This document shows, in pieces, positions 1-12,600 of a stretch of DNA of 64,000 bases. The notes under the pieces were generated by a model, which searched no databases, was not told where the DNA came from, and worked only from the letters and a program-made list of their open reading frames with translations. The translations under genes were made by a program, and so were the position numbers. Origin of the DNA: Eledone cirrhosa (lineage: Eukaryota); the NCBI GenBank assembly GCA_964016885.1, contig OZ024742.1, positions 75,020,001 to 75,084,000 of the forward strand, written 5' to 3'. The first letter of the stretch is position 1. Every line of letters begins with the position of its first letter.

Positions 1-950
1 TTTGGTTGTTACTAATGGGGCGAATTTGATCCTGTGTTGCAATTAGACATTCTAGTTGTATAAGACCCCTTTTCCCTGTGTTCTTTCTACATCCGAATTT
101 AGTGGTGTATTCTAAATTCAAATACTATGTTTCTGGCGTTCCGTCTAGTCTTGCTAGACCTTTAAGTGCCCAGTTTAGAATTTTAAAACTGTAGTTTATT
201 GCTGGGATCGCTAGAACATTGGTGCATTTCGTTCTGTCTTAAGTAGTAATCTAATCCGTCTATAATGCTCCTCTTTGATAATTTCTTTTGTCTCTATGTA
301 TTGAATCTCCGTCTGTATTGTATATCAGTATTTGTATATCTCTAATCTAAGTTTTTTAATTAGGGTAATATTAGTGTTTTTCACCAGTTTGCCTCTCTCC
401 AGGATTGTCTTGGTGTATTTTTCTAGATCAAATTTCATTTCTGTTTCTTTTGTCAATCCATTTATTATTTGCAGCAGTGTTTCAAGTTCTCTCTCGTCTG
501 TAACGTACAGCTTTAAATCGTCCATATACAGGAGCTGGTTAGTTTTCTTGTTGAAGCATTCATAACCAACTCCATTCTTGTTTAATACCTCAGATAATAG
601 AATCAATGCAAGGCAGAATAGGAGTGGTGAAAGGGAGTCCCCTTGAAATATTCTTTTGTTAACTGAGCTGGATTCAGTTTTTATAAACCCATCTTTTGTA
701 TATATCAACAACTGCTCTTGGCATGTTTGATGAATTTTTTATTTTATTATTGGCCCTACTATATTTATGGATAGTGTGTTCACTGTCAAAAGCCTCCTGG
801 TAATCAATTCATGCTATGCTGAGATGTATTTTCTTTTTCTGCAGTTTTCTGCTATGGCTTGCTGATGAGTAATTGGTCTTTACAACCATATGAACATTTG
901 CAGCATCCTTTCTACTCTTCTACGATATCATTGCAGTTAGACAGGCATAT
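1..950 (-). mobile_element. Degenerate RT region of a Dong/R4-like (RLE-class) non-LTR retrotransposon
   Basis: ORF 325..711 has IFQGDSLSPLLFCLAL and LLYMDDLKLY (RT motifs typical of R4/Dong/NeSL); flanks are frameshifted continuations; runs off the window start. Confidence 0.8.
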
Positions 951-990
951 TGTTGTTGCTGTTGTTGTTGCTGGTATTATTATTATTATT

Positions 991-1403
991 GTTCTTTGAG
1001 TCTCAGTCATTGATGTTAGTTAACTGGAAAGTTTGTTGAAATGAATATCAAGCCACTACCTGCAGCCTCAGATATTCAGGACGTATCGGAGGGTTCTTGC
1101 TGTTCCCAGCAAGCATGCCGTTTGAAGCGTTCCAATAAGCGTGAAGGGGCCAATTTTCTTTAACCATCCCTGGAAACCTTTTGAGATAGTACCTAGTGCG
1201 CCTATGACAATCGGAACCACTTTGACTTCATGGCAGTTCCAAATCCTTTTTACCTCCCACTTTAACTCCTGGTATCGGTTAATTTTCTCTCTCTCCTTCT
1301 TTTGCACTCTCGTGTCGACTGGGCAGGCCACATCCACAATCAGACACGATCTTTTTTCTTTGTCCAAAACCACCAGGTCAGGTCCATTGTGTTCCAACTG
1401 GAA

Positions 1404-1404
<1 letters not shown>
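991..1404 (-). mobile_element. 5'-truncated 3' end of a Dong/R4-like RLE LINE (restriction-like endonuclease C-terminus + 3'UTR) inside (ATT)n
   Basis: ORF 1068..1406 HNGPDLVVLDK..CLIVDVACP..KINRYQEL..VKVVPIVIGALG (PD-(D/E)xK RLE); (AAT)n on its sense strand at both ends. Confidence 0.85.

Positions 1405-1452
<48 letters not shown>
1405..1452. repeat. (ATT)n microsatellite, target of LINE insertions
   Basis: Direct reading; further (ATT)n junctions at 7238-7264, 13286-13330, 19496-19523, 20156-20176, 20380-20420. Confidence 0.98.
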
Positions 1453-1664
1453 GGCGACCTACGTAGTAAATCGTATCATCGTGAGCTCCGCAAAGGTTTG
1501 TTGTTTCTGTTTGTTAAAAATTGCCATTTATGGAAAATGTTTATTCTTAACTGTATATAAGCGCACATATATTGTTTTCCGAAAAGGACACCCCAAAAGA
1601 TTGGGGCCTTGTGCCCAAAATTTAAACTTTTATAATTATCAAAAAAATTTCTTTTAAAAAAAAC

Positions 1665-3612
1665 ATGGAAGTCTCACAGCCACACGAAGCTGACAGCCTC
1701 CCTCACAAACTAACACCTCACACCGACACCACCATTGTAAATATTACTACGTTTGCCAACACTAAAGATATAAGCAGTAGCAATATTTTAAATTTGTCTC
1801 AGACAGACATTCATTTCCCGCCATTACCAATGACTGCAGGTGTTAAAGCCGCCACCACCACCACCGCGACAACCAGCACCCCCACCACCACAGCGACAAC
1901 AGAAACAAAAGATAAAAATAAATTAACTCGCGATGTCGAAATGAATTCAACCAAAATGAACTCTTCCACACCGAACACCACTGACGCCACCACCACCACA
2001 ACTAAAACTAAAATTAATAATAACAAAAATAACGATAACAACAACAGCAACAATGACATTAAGAAAACCACCCTGAGTTTTGCCAGAGTAGCAAAAGAGT
2101 GCGAAGCATTTCAGGTAACTCAGGTGGAATTAGAAGAAGCCAAAAAAATGGTAAAGAAAGATGCGTACAGGGTCAGCCCCCCCCCCACCTAATACAATGG
2201 AGCATCGGCGGTGTTTTATCGAATAATTAATATAAAATCGCGCCGAGTGGAACGGGCATCCGAGTCACAAATCCAAAAAGCTTTGGGAAATGTGTGGGCA
2301 AAAAAAAATCAGACGTGGGCAGAAGTATGGAACCGTGGACGTGTTCTTTGAAACACCACAGGAGGCTAGAGAACACACCATGGCCCCATTAAGAAGTGAC
2401 GACTTCACACTCGTCCCAAGCTATTGTGGCCAGAGACTCGTAAAGATCAGGGTGACCAACGTTCCACCGGCCATCGAAATTCCCTGGCTAATAGTTGCGG
2501 TCCTCGCCGGCATCGAAGCCAACACCAAGATAATCGAAATAGCGAAAGAAAAGCAGGAGAACTGGTCCGGATCTGGGATGGAGCTCCTGATCCAAGTGGA
2601 CCAAAAAAGCATTGAGGAGATCCCAGAGGTAATAGACCTCACTGACGGCAGCCACCTCACCGTAATTGTAGAGGACAGAAGGCCTAGGTGTGTCGTTTGT
2701 GGTGAAGGAACCCCCCTAAGGGCTTTCTGCCCTCAGGCTAAAAGGTTGAGGCCACCTCTCCTACCCACCCCAGTGACTCAACCATCAACACCACCAGCAG
2801 CAGAGATGGCAGCAACAACTGTAGCAGCAACAACAGAAGCAACTGTAACAGCAACAACCCAAGCAACAGTAGCAAAACCAACACAACCACCACCCAACGC
2901 GCCAGATTTGGCACCAGCACCTACACCATCCACCACGCCACAACCAAAACTAACGCCTGTAGAGGATTTTCCACTCCCCGTCCTATCACAACTGGAGACA
3001 GATTGTGACGACGAGGAGTGGGAAACGGTATCAGGAAAAAAGAAAAAAAGACCCCCCCCCCCAAAAAAAAAAATTTCTCTTCCTTCCCCCTCCAAAAACA
3101 AAATACAGAAGGAAACAAATAAACTATCAAACAAACAAGTTAGGACAGACATGCTACCATCCACACCAGCATCACCAACCCCATCACCCCAAACACCAAC
3201 ACCATCACCATCATTAACCCCAACACCACCATCACCTACACCACAAAAGTCACCAAAATGCGAAACAGAAACAAACCCACAACAAACGCAAACAAAACAA
3301 ACAACCGAAACGATACACACTACACAGCATTAAATTTGAACAACAACCAATTATTACACTACATCCAACACAACACCAGCATCACAGAAAAAGACTACAC
3401 AACAACCCAAAAGTTCACACCATCTCCACACATACAAATCACTCGCATCACACAGAAAACGTACATGACACTAAAACAAAAATTCCCCAAAGACATCGGA
3501 GACTTTCCGACAAGCACTCTCCAGGAGGATTTATAAGGACATCCTTCCTGAGGAGGCCACAAGCAGTGAAAAGGATGGAGAAACCGTCCTTCCTCTACGA
3601 GAAGTAAGGTAA
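1665..3612 (+). pseudogene. ORF1 of copy A (Thr/Asn-rich N-terminus, putative RRM-like core, degenerate CCHC knuckle, Pro/Thr-rich linker, conserved C-terminal block), frameshifted
   Basis: ORF pieces 1665..2192, 2290..3333, 3258..3536; CVVCGEGTPLRAFC aligns to copy B CFRCGSKTHLRAFC. Confidence 0.8.
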
Positions 3613-3646
3613 GTGGTCTTTCCCATCTTTTCCACTCCATTTCAAC

Positions 3647-6600
3647 ATGACCTCACCTCAGAATAGGCAGCATAAATGCGCGTGGCTTGGGGTCGTTATG
3701 GAAGCAGGGCCACCTGCTCAACGACCTCAGGTCACTAAAGATAGATGTAGTGGCCATCAGCGAGACCAGAATCTCCGAAGCACGGGCCTTCACACCGATC
3801 TTCGGCGGCTACGATGTGTACGCATCTCCCAGCCGTCCGGGATCGGGGGGAGGAGTTGCTGTGCTTTTTCGGAGAGGTTTGGATCTTGCAATACGGGCCA
3901 TCTTCCTGGACCCAGAGGGTAAGCTGGTGGTGCTGGACGTGACCAGCGGAGACGGGCAAGCTTTCAGGCTAGTGGCCGTCTATGCCCCGACAGGAGCAGG
4001 GCGGCCTGATTTCTTCCGGCGTCTGGAGACCTTTCTTGGAACGTCCCGCCCTTTAGTGTTAGTGGGCGACTGGAACGGGATCTTAGATGCACGCTGGGAC
4101 TGTGTGGGATTAGCGGATAGGGGTGGAGGGTGCAAGAGCCTCACCAACCTGCTCAAGCGTTTTGAACTGTCTGACAGGTACCGATTGGATTTGCCGAATG
4201 TGCCAATGTGGACTTGGACAAATCGTATAGGGTCATCCAGATCATATCTAGATAGAGTATTTTGTAGGGAAATAGATAGGTCTAGCATAGGCTGTCCACA
4301 ATTCAAGATAGTCAGCTACACGGACCACAAATTCGTGATCTGTGTGCTTGACTTAGATAGGCTTCATAGACGAGGACCCGGCTACTGGAAGCTAAACGCG
4401 TCCTTACCAGCGCGCAAGGCCTACAGAGACCGGATTAGCGAACTAGTTAAGCGAGCGTTGACGGGGGCCATCGTCAACAACAAGTGGTGGTTTGCTCTGA
4501 AAAGAGCAATTAGAATAGAGTCCATTAGGTTTAGTAAGGCTTCAGCAATAGAGAAAAATAGAGCAGAGGGAGAATTAGTTAGAAAATTAGACGAGGCGCT
4601 TAGTAAAGGCATCGTGAGCGACGTACTTGCGGCGAGATTGGCCCTTGACCAATTCTTCAATGCAAAGCACAAAGGCTGCGTTGTCAGAGCTAGGGTGCGT
4701 GCTTTCAGACACGAGAGGACGAAAGCCGTTCAATGGGCCTGAGTGGTGGAGGCGCGTCGTGGCAACAAAGCCACGATCTGGTCTTTGGTGGACCAAGACG
4801 GGTGCATGCTCCTCGATCCTGGGCAAATGTGTGAAGTTTTTCAGCGACACTTCGCACAGCTGTTCGGGGGCAGCGGCGGGCCGGATCGAGGCATGGACTT
4901 TAGTGTCTACCTCGACGGACTGCCGAGGCTCTCGGCCACTGAGGCGGAGTGTTGCGAAAAGCCGATAACAGCCGCTGAAGTACGAGAGGCAATGACTGGC
5001 TGCACAAGGGGTAAATAGCCTTGTTTGGATGGTCTGCTCTATGAACTTTACGTACAGATGCCAGACTTGTTCGGAGGCCTCTTGGCGGACGTCTACTGCA
5101 ACTGGCAACAGAACGGGAGAATTTCCCAGCTCTGTGAGCCGAGGAGCAGTGGGGCTGCTGAGAAAAGGTCCGAACAAGGGGGATAACATAGATAATTTCA
5201 GGTCCATAACTCTGCTAAACACAGAGTTCAAGATTTTGGCCAAGGTGCTAGCAAAGAGGTTGGCGCTTATCGTTGGTGGTCTGTTGGGAGAGGCGCAGAC
5301 CTGCGCCATTCCCGACAGATCCATCAATGACAACCTCCACCTCATGCGATACATCGTAGAGAGGGTAGCTAGTGAACCTGGGACGGGTGGGTCCTTGATC
5401 AATTTTGATCAGTCGAAAGCTTTCGATAGGGTCTACCATCGTTACCTAGTGGCAGTGCTGAGGGCGGTTGGCTTTGGGCCCGTATTCATGGGTTGGTTCG
5501 CTGCCATGCACAGCGACATCTGCTCTATGGTGAGAGTGAACGGTCACCTTTCGGAACCGTTCAACATCATGCGCTCGGTCCGCCAAGGATGTCCCCTTTC
5601 GTCCCTCTTGTACGTATTGACTCTCGAGCCATTACTGCACAAACTGGAGACGTTAAGGGGTGTTCCGCGTGAACAAGAATGCGGAAGATCCGTGTCAGCA
5701 TATGCGGACGATGTCACCGTAGTGGTGTCGAACGCCAAACACATCGAGGCGATCGGCACTACACTAAGAGAATACGAAGCGGTGACAGGAGCAATTATCA
5801 ACCAAGAAAAGTCAGTGGGCCTGCAGCTCGGCATCTGCAGAGGCAGGTCCATGCCGTCCAACAGCGTCGTCGGGTGCTGGACGGACGGACCGGTTAAATT
5901 GCTAGGGTCTGGATTCGGTCCGGACCTCCAGACAGAGAAAAACTGGGACGAGGTGACTAGCAGGGTGGCTTCTCTCACTGAGAAATGGGCGGAGAGGAAG
6001 CTATCCCTGAAAGGTCGAGCGGAGGTGGCTAACGCGTACATCGCGTCCGTCATCTACTACCGCCTGACCGTCGTACCTTGTCCTAAGCCCCGCCTGACTG
6101 CGTTGGAGCGTTTGCTCTTTCGCTTTTTGTGGAAGGGACGCGCTCCGATGGTCAGGCGGTCTATCTGGTGTCAACACCCGCTACGTGGAGGGCTGGGCAT
6201 GCCGTGGCTGATGATGAGCAGACTCGCGCTCAGGCTACGACATCTCCACCTCTTCCTCGACGGTGATCACGTGTGGTCGCCGTTTGCTAGACGCGTCTTT
6301 TCCCAGCTCGTTTCCTTGACGGAGCTGCAGTCCTGGGTCAAGCGAAGACTGAGAGGGAGCGCTTGGAGACTGGAATGTCTTCAGGCGCTCACAGCCCTCG
6401 ACCAATCGGGTAATGTGATTGGTGGAAACTCCACCTTGGCGTTCTATAGAGGATTAGTGGAGGGGAAGAGCGACGACGTACTTGGGGAAACTCTAGGCGT
6501 CGACGAAAATCAACTAGCTAATCTCTTCGGAAGAACTTTCAGGCCAGGGCCTATGGACAACTTCCAGAAATCTCTGGCCTGGCAGTGCTACCGAGGAGCT

Positions 6601-6987
6601 TTGCCAGTTCGGGATAAACTCTACATTGTTTATGACTCGTGAGTTTATGTCGAACACCTGCTGTCACGTGTAGGATGGATCCAGCTATCAGCTGAGTCCA
6701 TCGTGAGGATTACCCCGCCCTCCTCCTTTAGCCGGGAAGGGCAGGCAGTTTTTATCTGTCTGGCGGTGGCCATGGCGAAAGAGATAGTATGGTGGACACG
6801 TTTGAAAGGGCTGAAGACGAGTACTTCCCTCTTCGGTGATGCCCTGATTAACTTTTTCAAATTTCATTTGAAAAGGAAAATCAGAGTAGAGAGGGAAGTG
6901 CTCTCTTCCCAGCATTTTGTTGAAAGATGGGTGAGAGAAGCAGGAATGGCCCGAGTGAATGGGCCTTCTCTGAGTATGTATCTGTAA
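3647..6987 (+). pseudogene. ORF2 of copy A: APE endonuclease + reverse transcriptase; C-terminal CCHC deleted; frameshifts and stops
   Basis: AISETR, VYAP, GDWN, SYLDR, TDH (APE); GPGYWKLN; LINFDQSKAFDRV, VRQGCPLS, YADD (RT); ~87-bp deletion at 6624/6625. Confidence 0.92.
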
Positions 6988-7483
6988 ATTAAAGGTGGAA
7001 AACTGGGAGAGGGCACTTGCCCTGGTGGTCAGGGTCACTGTTGCTTTTTAATGGGCTTTCTCCATGATTGTCCCTCGGAAGTCTCACCCCTATTGGGGAA
7101 TTTTTTCATTGTTCTATTATTTCATCCTCTGTTTCTTGTTTTTTACACGCAGAAATGCCCATTTGTACCGCCCTGTATTGTCCTGTACTGTCCTTAATGT
7201 CTACTTTATGTAAACCCTTGTGGTTAATAAAGAAAACATTATTATTATTATTATTATTATTATTGAATGCTATGGTTGACGGAGGCTCGGCTCTGTAAGG
7301 TATTATAAATTTTGAACACTATAACAATTGTAAATTGTTTAAAACTTTAACGAACTTGTAGACAAAAACACCCTCCCCCTCGTGAGAGGGATCTTTCTGC
7401 CCGTTATTTGGCCCTTCGGGGTTAAATAACTGCTTATTGGGGTTTTGTACCTAATATTTATTTTAAACAAAAAAAACAACAAC

Positions 7484-9576
7484 ATGCTACGAAAAAGAAA
7501 TTTCATAGGTCACTCCCACTCATTCCGTCTTCTTCTTCCTCAATCATCACTACAGCAGAGGGAAGATTGTCTCTCTCCCTCCCTTCTTTAAATGTGTCTC
7601 TCTCCCTCCCTTCTCTTTCGCAAGCAACGAAAGAAAAGAAAAGTCTCGTGCAAAGCGTGCAAGGTTTCTCCACAGCGACGAAACAGGTGTGCGGGAAATA
7701 CGAAAACCCAGTTCATTCGTCTGACGTCAGGAATAATAGCAGTAGCAGCCGTAATAACAACAGCAACAGTGACAATGAAAACAACAGTAGCAGCCGCAAC
7801 AGCATCACCAGCAGCATAAACAACAACAGCATTAGCAGCAGCAACACCAACAACAACCACAGCAACAGCGGCGGCGGCAGTAGTCGTAGTACCTGCAGCA
7901 ACAACAAAAGTAACAGCAGCTCTGACGACAACAACAACAACAGCAGCAAAGAAAAACCAATCTCATTTGCAGGTATTGAGAAAAACTTGGAAACAATCCT
8001 CATAACAAATGAGGAATTAGAGGAAGCGAAGAAGATGGTGACAAAGAATGGACACCGAGCAATCTGCAAGGCAGCCAAAAAATTTTTCGAAACCCAACAG
8101 CACTGTACGGTCACGTACCGTACAGTAAGTACAAAATCCCGTAGGGTGGAAAGAGCCACAGAGGTTCAAATACAAAAAGCCTTGGGGTCTGTGTGGCAGC
8201 GGAAAACGCACATCACCCGAGGCAAAAAATATGCCACCGTAGACGTACTTTTTGCCACACCCCAGGAGGCAAAGGCCCAATCCGTAGTCACCCTAAGGAG
8301 CGAGGAAATGGTGTTGGTGCCCTCCTACTGCGGCAAAAAATTGTGAGGTTCAAACTGACCCACGCCCCCCCCCCCTCGGAATGGCCCCTTCTTGGCTGGC
8401 CGCGTCTGTCCTCGTCGGAATCGAGGACAAAACAACTGTACTGCAAGTACAGAAAAAAGTAAGAGAAGATTGGGTCGGCACCTCCATTGAGATGCTAATC
8501 CAAACAAACCAGGAGTGCATCGAAGCTATCCCGGATGTGATAGACTTCGATAACGGCACTCAACTGCCCATAAGTGTTGAGGGAAAACGCCCGAAATGCT
8601 TTCGCTGTGGATCGAAGACTCACCTCAGGGCCTTCTGCAACGAGAAGACCCTGAGAAAGGAAAAAAAACCCTCCTTCCGAAACCGGCTCCACGGCTACCA
8701 GCAACAGGACAAGCGGCAACCAGGAACGATAGGTCCGTGGCACCCATACCCACGCCACGGAAATCAAAAACAGCAGCAGCAGTGGAAATATTAACAACAA
8801 CAACAGCAATACCAAATGCAGCTGCAACAGAGACTCCAGTGCAAACATCACCAACAACAACAAGTGAAAGAGTGGAGCTGGTACCCCTCCCCGACCTCAC
8901 AGAATCAGACATGGAGTGTGAGGTGGGAGAGGGATGGCAAAAGGTCGTAAGAAGGCACAAACGCAGAAGCAGCGCATCGTCGCCTTTGAAAAGGGAGGAA
9001 AGAAATGAGAAAAAGGTAAAGTCTACTGCAAAGAGACCCACAGCAGTAACACCACCAACACCATCACCACCCACACTAGCACCACCATCACCACCGGCGA
9101 CAACCCCACCGCCAACAACACCTTCAACACCACCACCACAAGCACCAACATCGCAAACACAACAACAAAACACACACACCCAGCAACAACGACAAGAAAA
9201 TAGCAGAACCACACCCCACCCCCAGAAAAACAAATGCACGGCAATAAATACACACAACAAGAAACTAATGACTTACATAATTGAACACACAAACATTTCA
9301 CAACACGACTACATAATACCAGCACCAATCAAAACGCCAACAAACATAAGACTGCTAAAAATAGCACAGAAACAATACACAAACATTAAAACGAAATTCC
9401 CCAACGCAGTTGGTGATTTCAGGGACCTAGGAGGAACTATCAATCGAAGAGTATACTCAGACATTCTCATAGAAGAGCCGACGACCAGCCGAAGGGACGA
9501 TTCAACGGTCCCTTCACCAGACGATCAAGTGAAAAGGGATGTAAAAACCATCCCTCCTCTACCAAAAGTACGGTAA
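7484..9576 (+). pseudogene. ORF1 of copy B with intact CX2CX4HX4C zinc knuckle, frameshifted
   Basis: ORF pieces 7567..8346, 8381..8794, 8596..9576; Asn/Ser-rich N-terminus encoded by AAC/AGC repeats; KCFRCGSKTHLRAFC. Confidence 0.82.
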
Positions 9577-9611
9577 GTGGTCTTTCCCATCTTTTCCACT
9601 CTATTTTAAAC

Positions 9612-12600
9612 ATGACCTCACTCAGAATAGGCAGCATAAATGCGCGTGGCTTGGGGTCGTCATGGAAGCAGGGTCACCTGCTCAACGACCTCAGGTCACT
9701 AAACATAGATGTAGTGGCCATCAGCGAGACCAGAATCTCCGAAGCACGGGCCTTCGCACCGATCTTCGGCGGCTACAATGTGTACGCATCTCCCAGCCGT
9801 CCGGGATCGGGGGGGGGGAGGAGTTGCTGTGCTTTTTCGGAGAGGTTTGGATCTCGCCATACGGGCCATCTTCCTGGACCCAGAGTGTAAGCTGGTGGTG
9901 GTGGACGTGACCAGCGGAGACGGGCAAGCTTTCAGGCTAGTGGCCGTCTATGCCCCGACAGGAGCAGGGCGGCCTGATTTCTTCCGGCGTCTGGAGACCT
10001 TTCTTGGAACGTCCCGCCCTTTAGTGTTAGTGGGCGACTGGAACGGGATCTTAGATGCACGCTGGAACTGTGTGGGATTAGCGGTTAGGGGTGGACGGTG
10101 CAAGAGCCTCACCAACCTGCTCAAGCGTTTTGAACTGTCTGACAGGTACCGATTGGATTTGCCGAATGTGCCAATGTGGACTTGGACAAATCGTATAGGG
10201 TCATCCAGATCATATCTAGATAGAGTATTTTGTAGGGAAATAGATAGGTCTAGCATAGGCTGTCCACAATTCAAGATAGTCAGCTACACGGACCACAAAT
10301 TCGTGATCTGTGTGCTTGACTTAGATAGGCTTCATAGACGAGGACCCGGCTACTGGAAGCTAAACGCGTCCTTACCAGCGCGCAAGGCCTACAGAGACCG
10401 GATTAGCGAACTAGTTAAGCGGGCGTTGACGGGGGGCCATCGTCAACAACAAGTGGTGGTTTGCTTTGAAAAGAGCGATTAGAATAGAATCCATTAGGTT
10501 TAGTAAGGCTTTAGCAATAGAGAAAAATAGAGCAGAGGGAGAACTAGTTAGAAAATTAGACGAGGCGCTTAGCAAAGGCATTGCGACCGACGTGCTTGCG
10601 GCGAAATTGGCCCTTGACCAATTCTTCAATGCAAAGCACGAAGGCTGCGTTGTCAGAGCTAGGGTGCGTGCTCTCAGACACGAGGGGACGAAAGCCGTTC
10701 AATGGGCCCGAGTGGCGGAGGCGCGTCGTGGCAACAAAGCCACGATCCGGTCTTTGGTGGACCACGACGGGCGCATGCTACTCGATCCCGGGCAAATGTG
10801 TGAAGCTTTTCAGCGACACTTCGCTCAGCTGTTCGGGGGCAGCGGTGGGCCGGGTAGAGGGATGGACTTTAGTGTCTACCTCGACGGACTGCCGCGGCTC
10901 TCGGCCACTGAGGCGAAGTGTTGCGAAAAGCCGATAACAGCCGCTGAAGAAAGGGAGGCAATGACTGGCTGCACAAGGGGTAAATCGCCTGGTTTGGATG
11001 GTCTGCCCTATGACTTTACGTACAGATGCCAGACTTGTTCGGAGGCCTCTTGGCGGACGTCTACTGCAACTGGCAACAGAACGGGAGAATTCCCAGTTCT
11101 GTGAGCCGAGGAGCGGTGGCACTGCTGAGAAAGGATCCGAACAAGGGGGATAACATAGACAATTTCCGGCCCATAACTCTGCTAAACACAGAGTTCAAGA
11201 TTTTGGCCAAGGTGCTAGCAAAGAGGTTGGCGCTTGTCGTTGGTGGTCTGGTGGGAGAGGCGCAGACATGCGCCATTCCCGACAGATCCATCCACGACAA
11301 CCTCCACCTCATGCGATACATCATAGAGAGGGTAGCTAAGGAACCTGGGACGGGTGGGTCCTTGATCAATTTAGATCAGTCGAAAGCTTTCGATAGGGTC
11401 GACCATCGTTACCTAGCGGCAGTCGTGAGGGCGGCTGGCTTTGGGCCCGTCTTCAGAGGCTGGATCGCTGCCATGCACAGCGACATCTGCTCTGTGGTGA
11501 GGGTGAACGGTCACCTGTCGGAACCGTTCAACATCATGCGCTCGGTCCGCCAAGGATGTCCCCTCTCGTCCCTCTTGTACGTATTGACTCTCGAGCCATT
11601 ACTGCACAAACTGGAGACGTTGAGGGGAGTCCCGCGCGAACTAGGATGCGGAAGATCCGTGTCAGCATATGCGGACGATGTCACCGTAGTGGTGTCGAAC
11701 GCCAAACACATCGAGGCGATCGGCACTACACTAAGAGAATACGAAGCGGTGACAGGAGCAATGATCAACCAGGAAAAGTCAGTGGGCCTGCAGCTCGGCA
11801 CCTGGAGAGGCAGGTCCATGCCGTCCAACAGCGTCGTCGGGCGCTGGATGGACGGACCGGTTAAATTGCTAGGGGTCTGGTTCGGTCCGGACCTCCAGAC
11901 GGACAAAAACTGGGACGAGGTGACGAGCAGGGTGGCTTCTCTCACCCAGAAATGGGCGGAGAAGAAGCTATCCCTGAAAGGTCGAGCGGAGGTGGCTAAC
12001 GCGTACATCGCGTCTGTCATCTGCTACCGCCTAACCGTCGTACCTTGTCCTAAGCCTCGCCTGACTGCGCTGGAGCGTTTGCTCTTTCGCTTTTTGTGGA
12101 AGGGACGTGCTCCGATGGTCAGGCGGTCCATCTGTTGTCAACACCCGCTACGTGGAGGGCTGGGCATGCCGTGGCTGATGATGCGCAGGCACGCGCTCAG
12201 GCTACGACATCTCCACCTCTTCCTCGACGGTGATCAGGTGTGGTCGCCGTTTGCTAGACGCGTTTTTCCCCAGCTCGTTTCCTTGACGGAGCTGCAGTCC
12301 TGGGTCAAGCGAAGACGGAGAGGGAGCGCCTGGAGACTGGAATGTCTTCAGGCGCTCACAGCCCTCCACCAATCGGGCAATGTGATCGGTGGAAACTCCA
12401 CTTCGGCGTTCTATAGAGGATTAGTGGAGGGGAAGAGCGACGACGTACTTGGGGAAACTCTAGGCGTCGACGAAAATCAACTAGCCAATCTCTTCGGAAG
12501 AACTTTCGGGCCAGGGCCTATGGACAACTTCCAGAAATCTCTGGCCTGGCAGTGCTACTGAGGAGCCTTGCCAGTTCGGGATAAACTCTACAGGCATGGA

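Larger units (their letters stand above)
1453..7237 (+). mobile_element. Full-length Tx1/L1-clade LINE copy A (5'UTR, ORF1, ORF2, 3'UTR, ATT tail)
   Basis: Bounded by (ATT)n; two ORF regions; AATAAA just before the tail. Confidence 0.92.
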
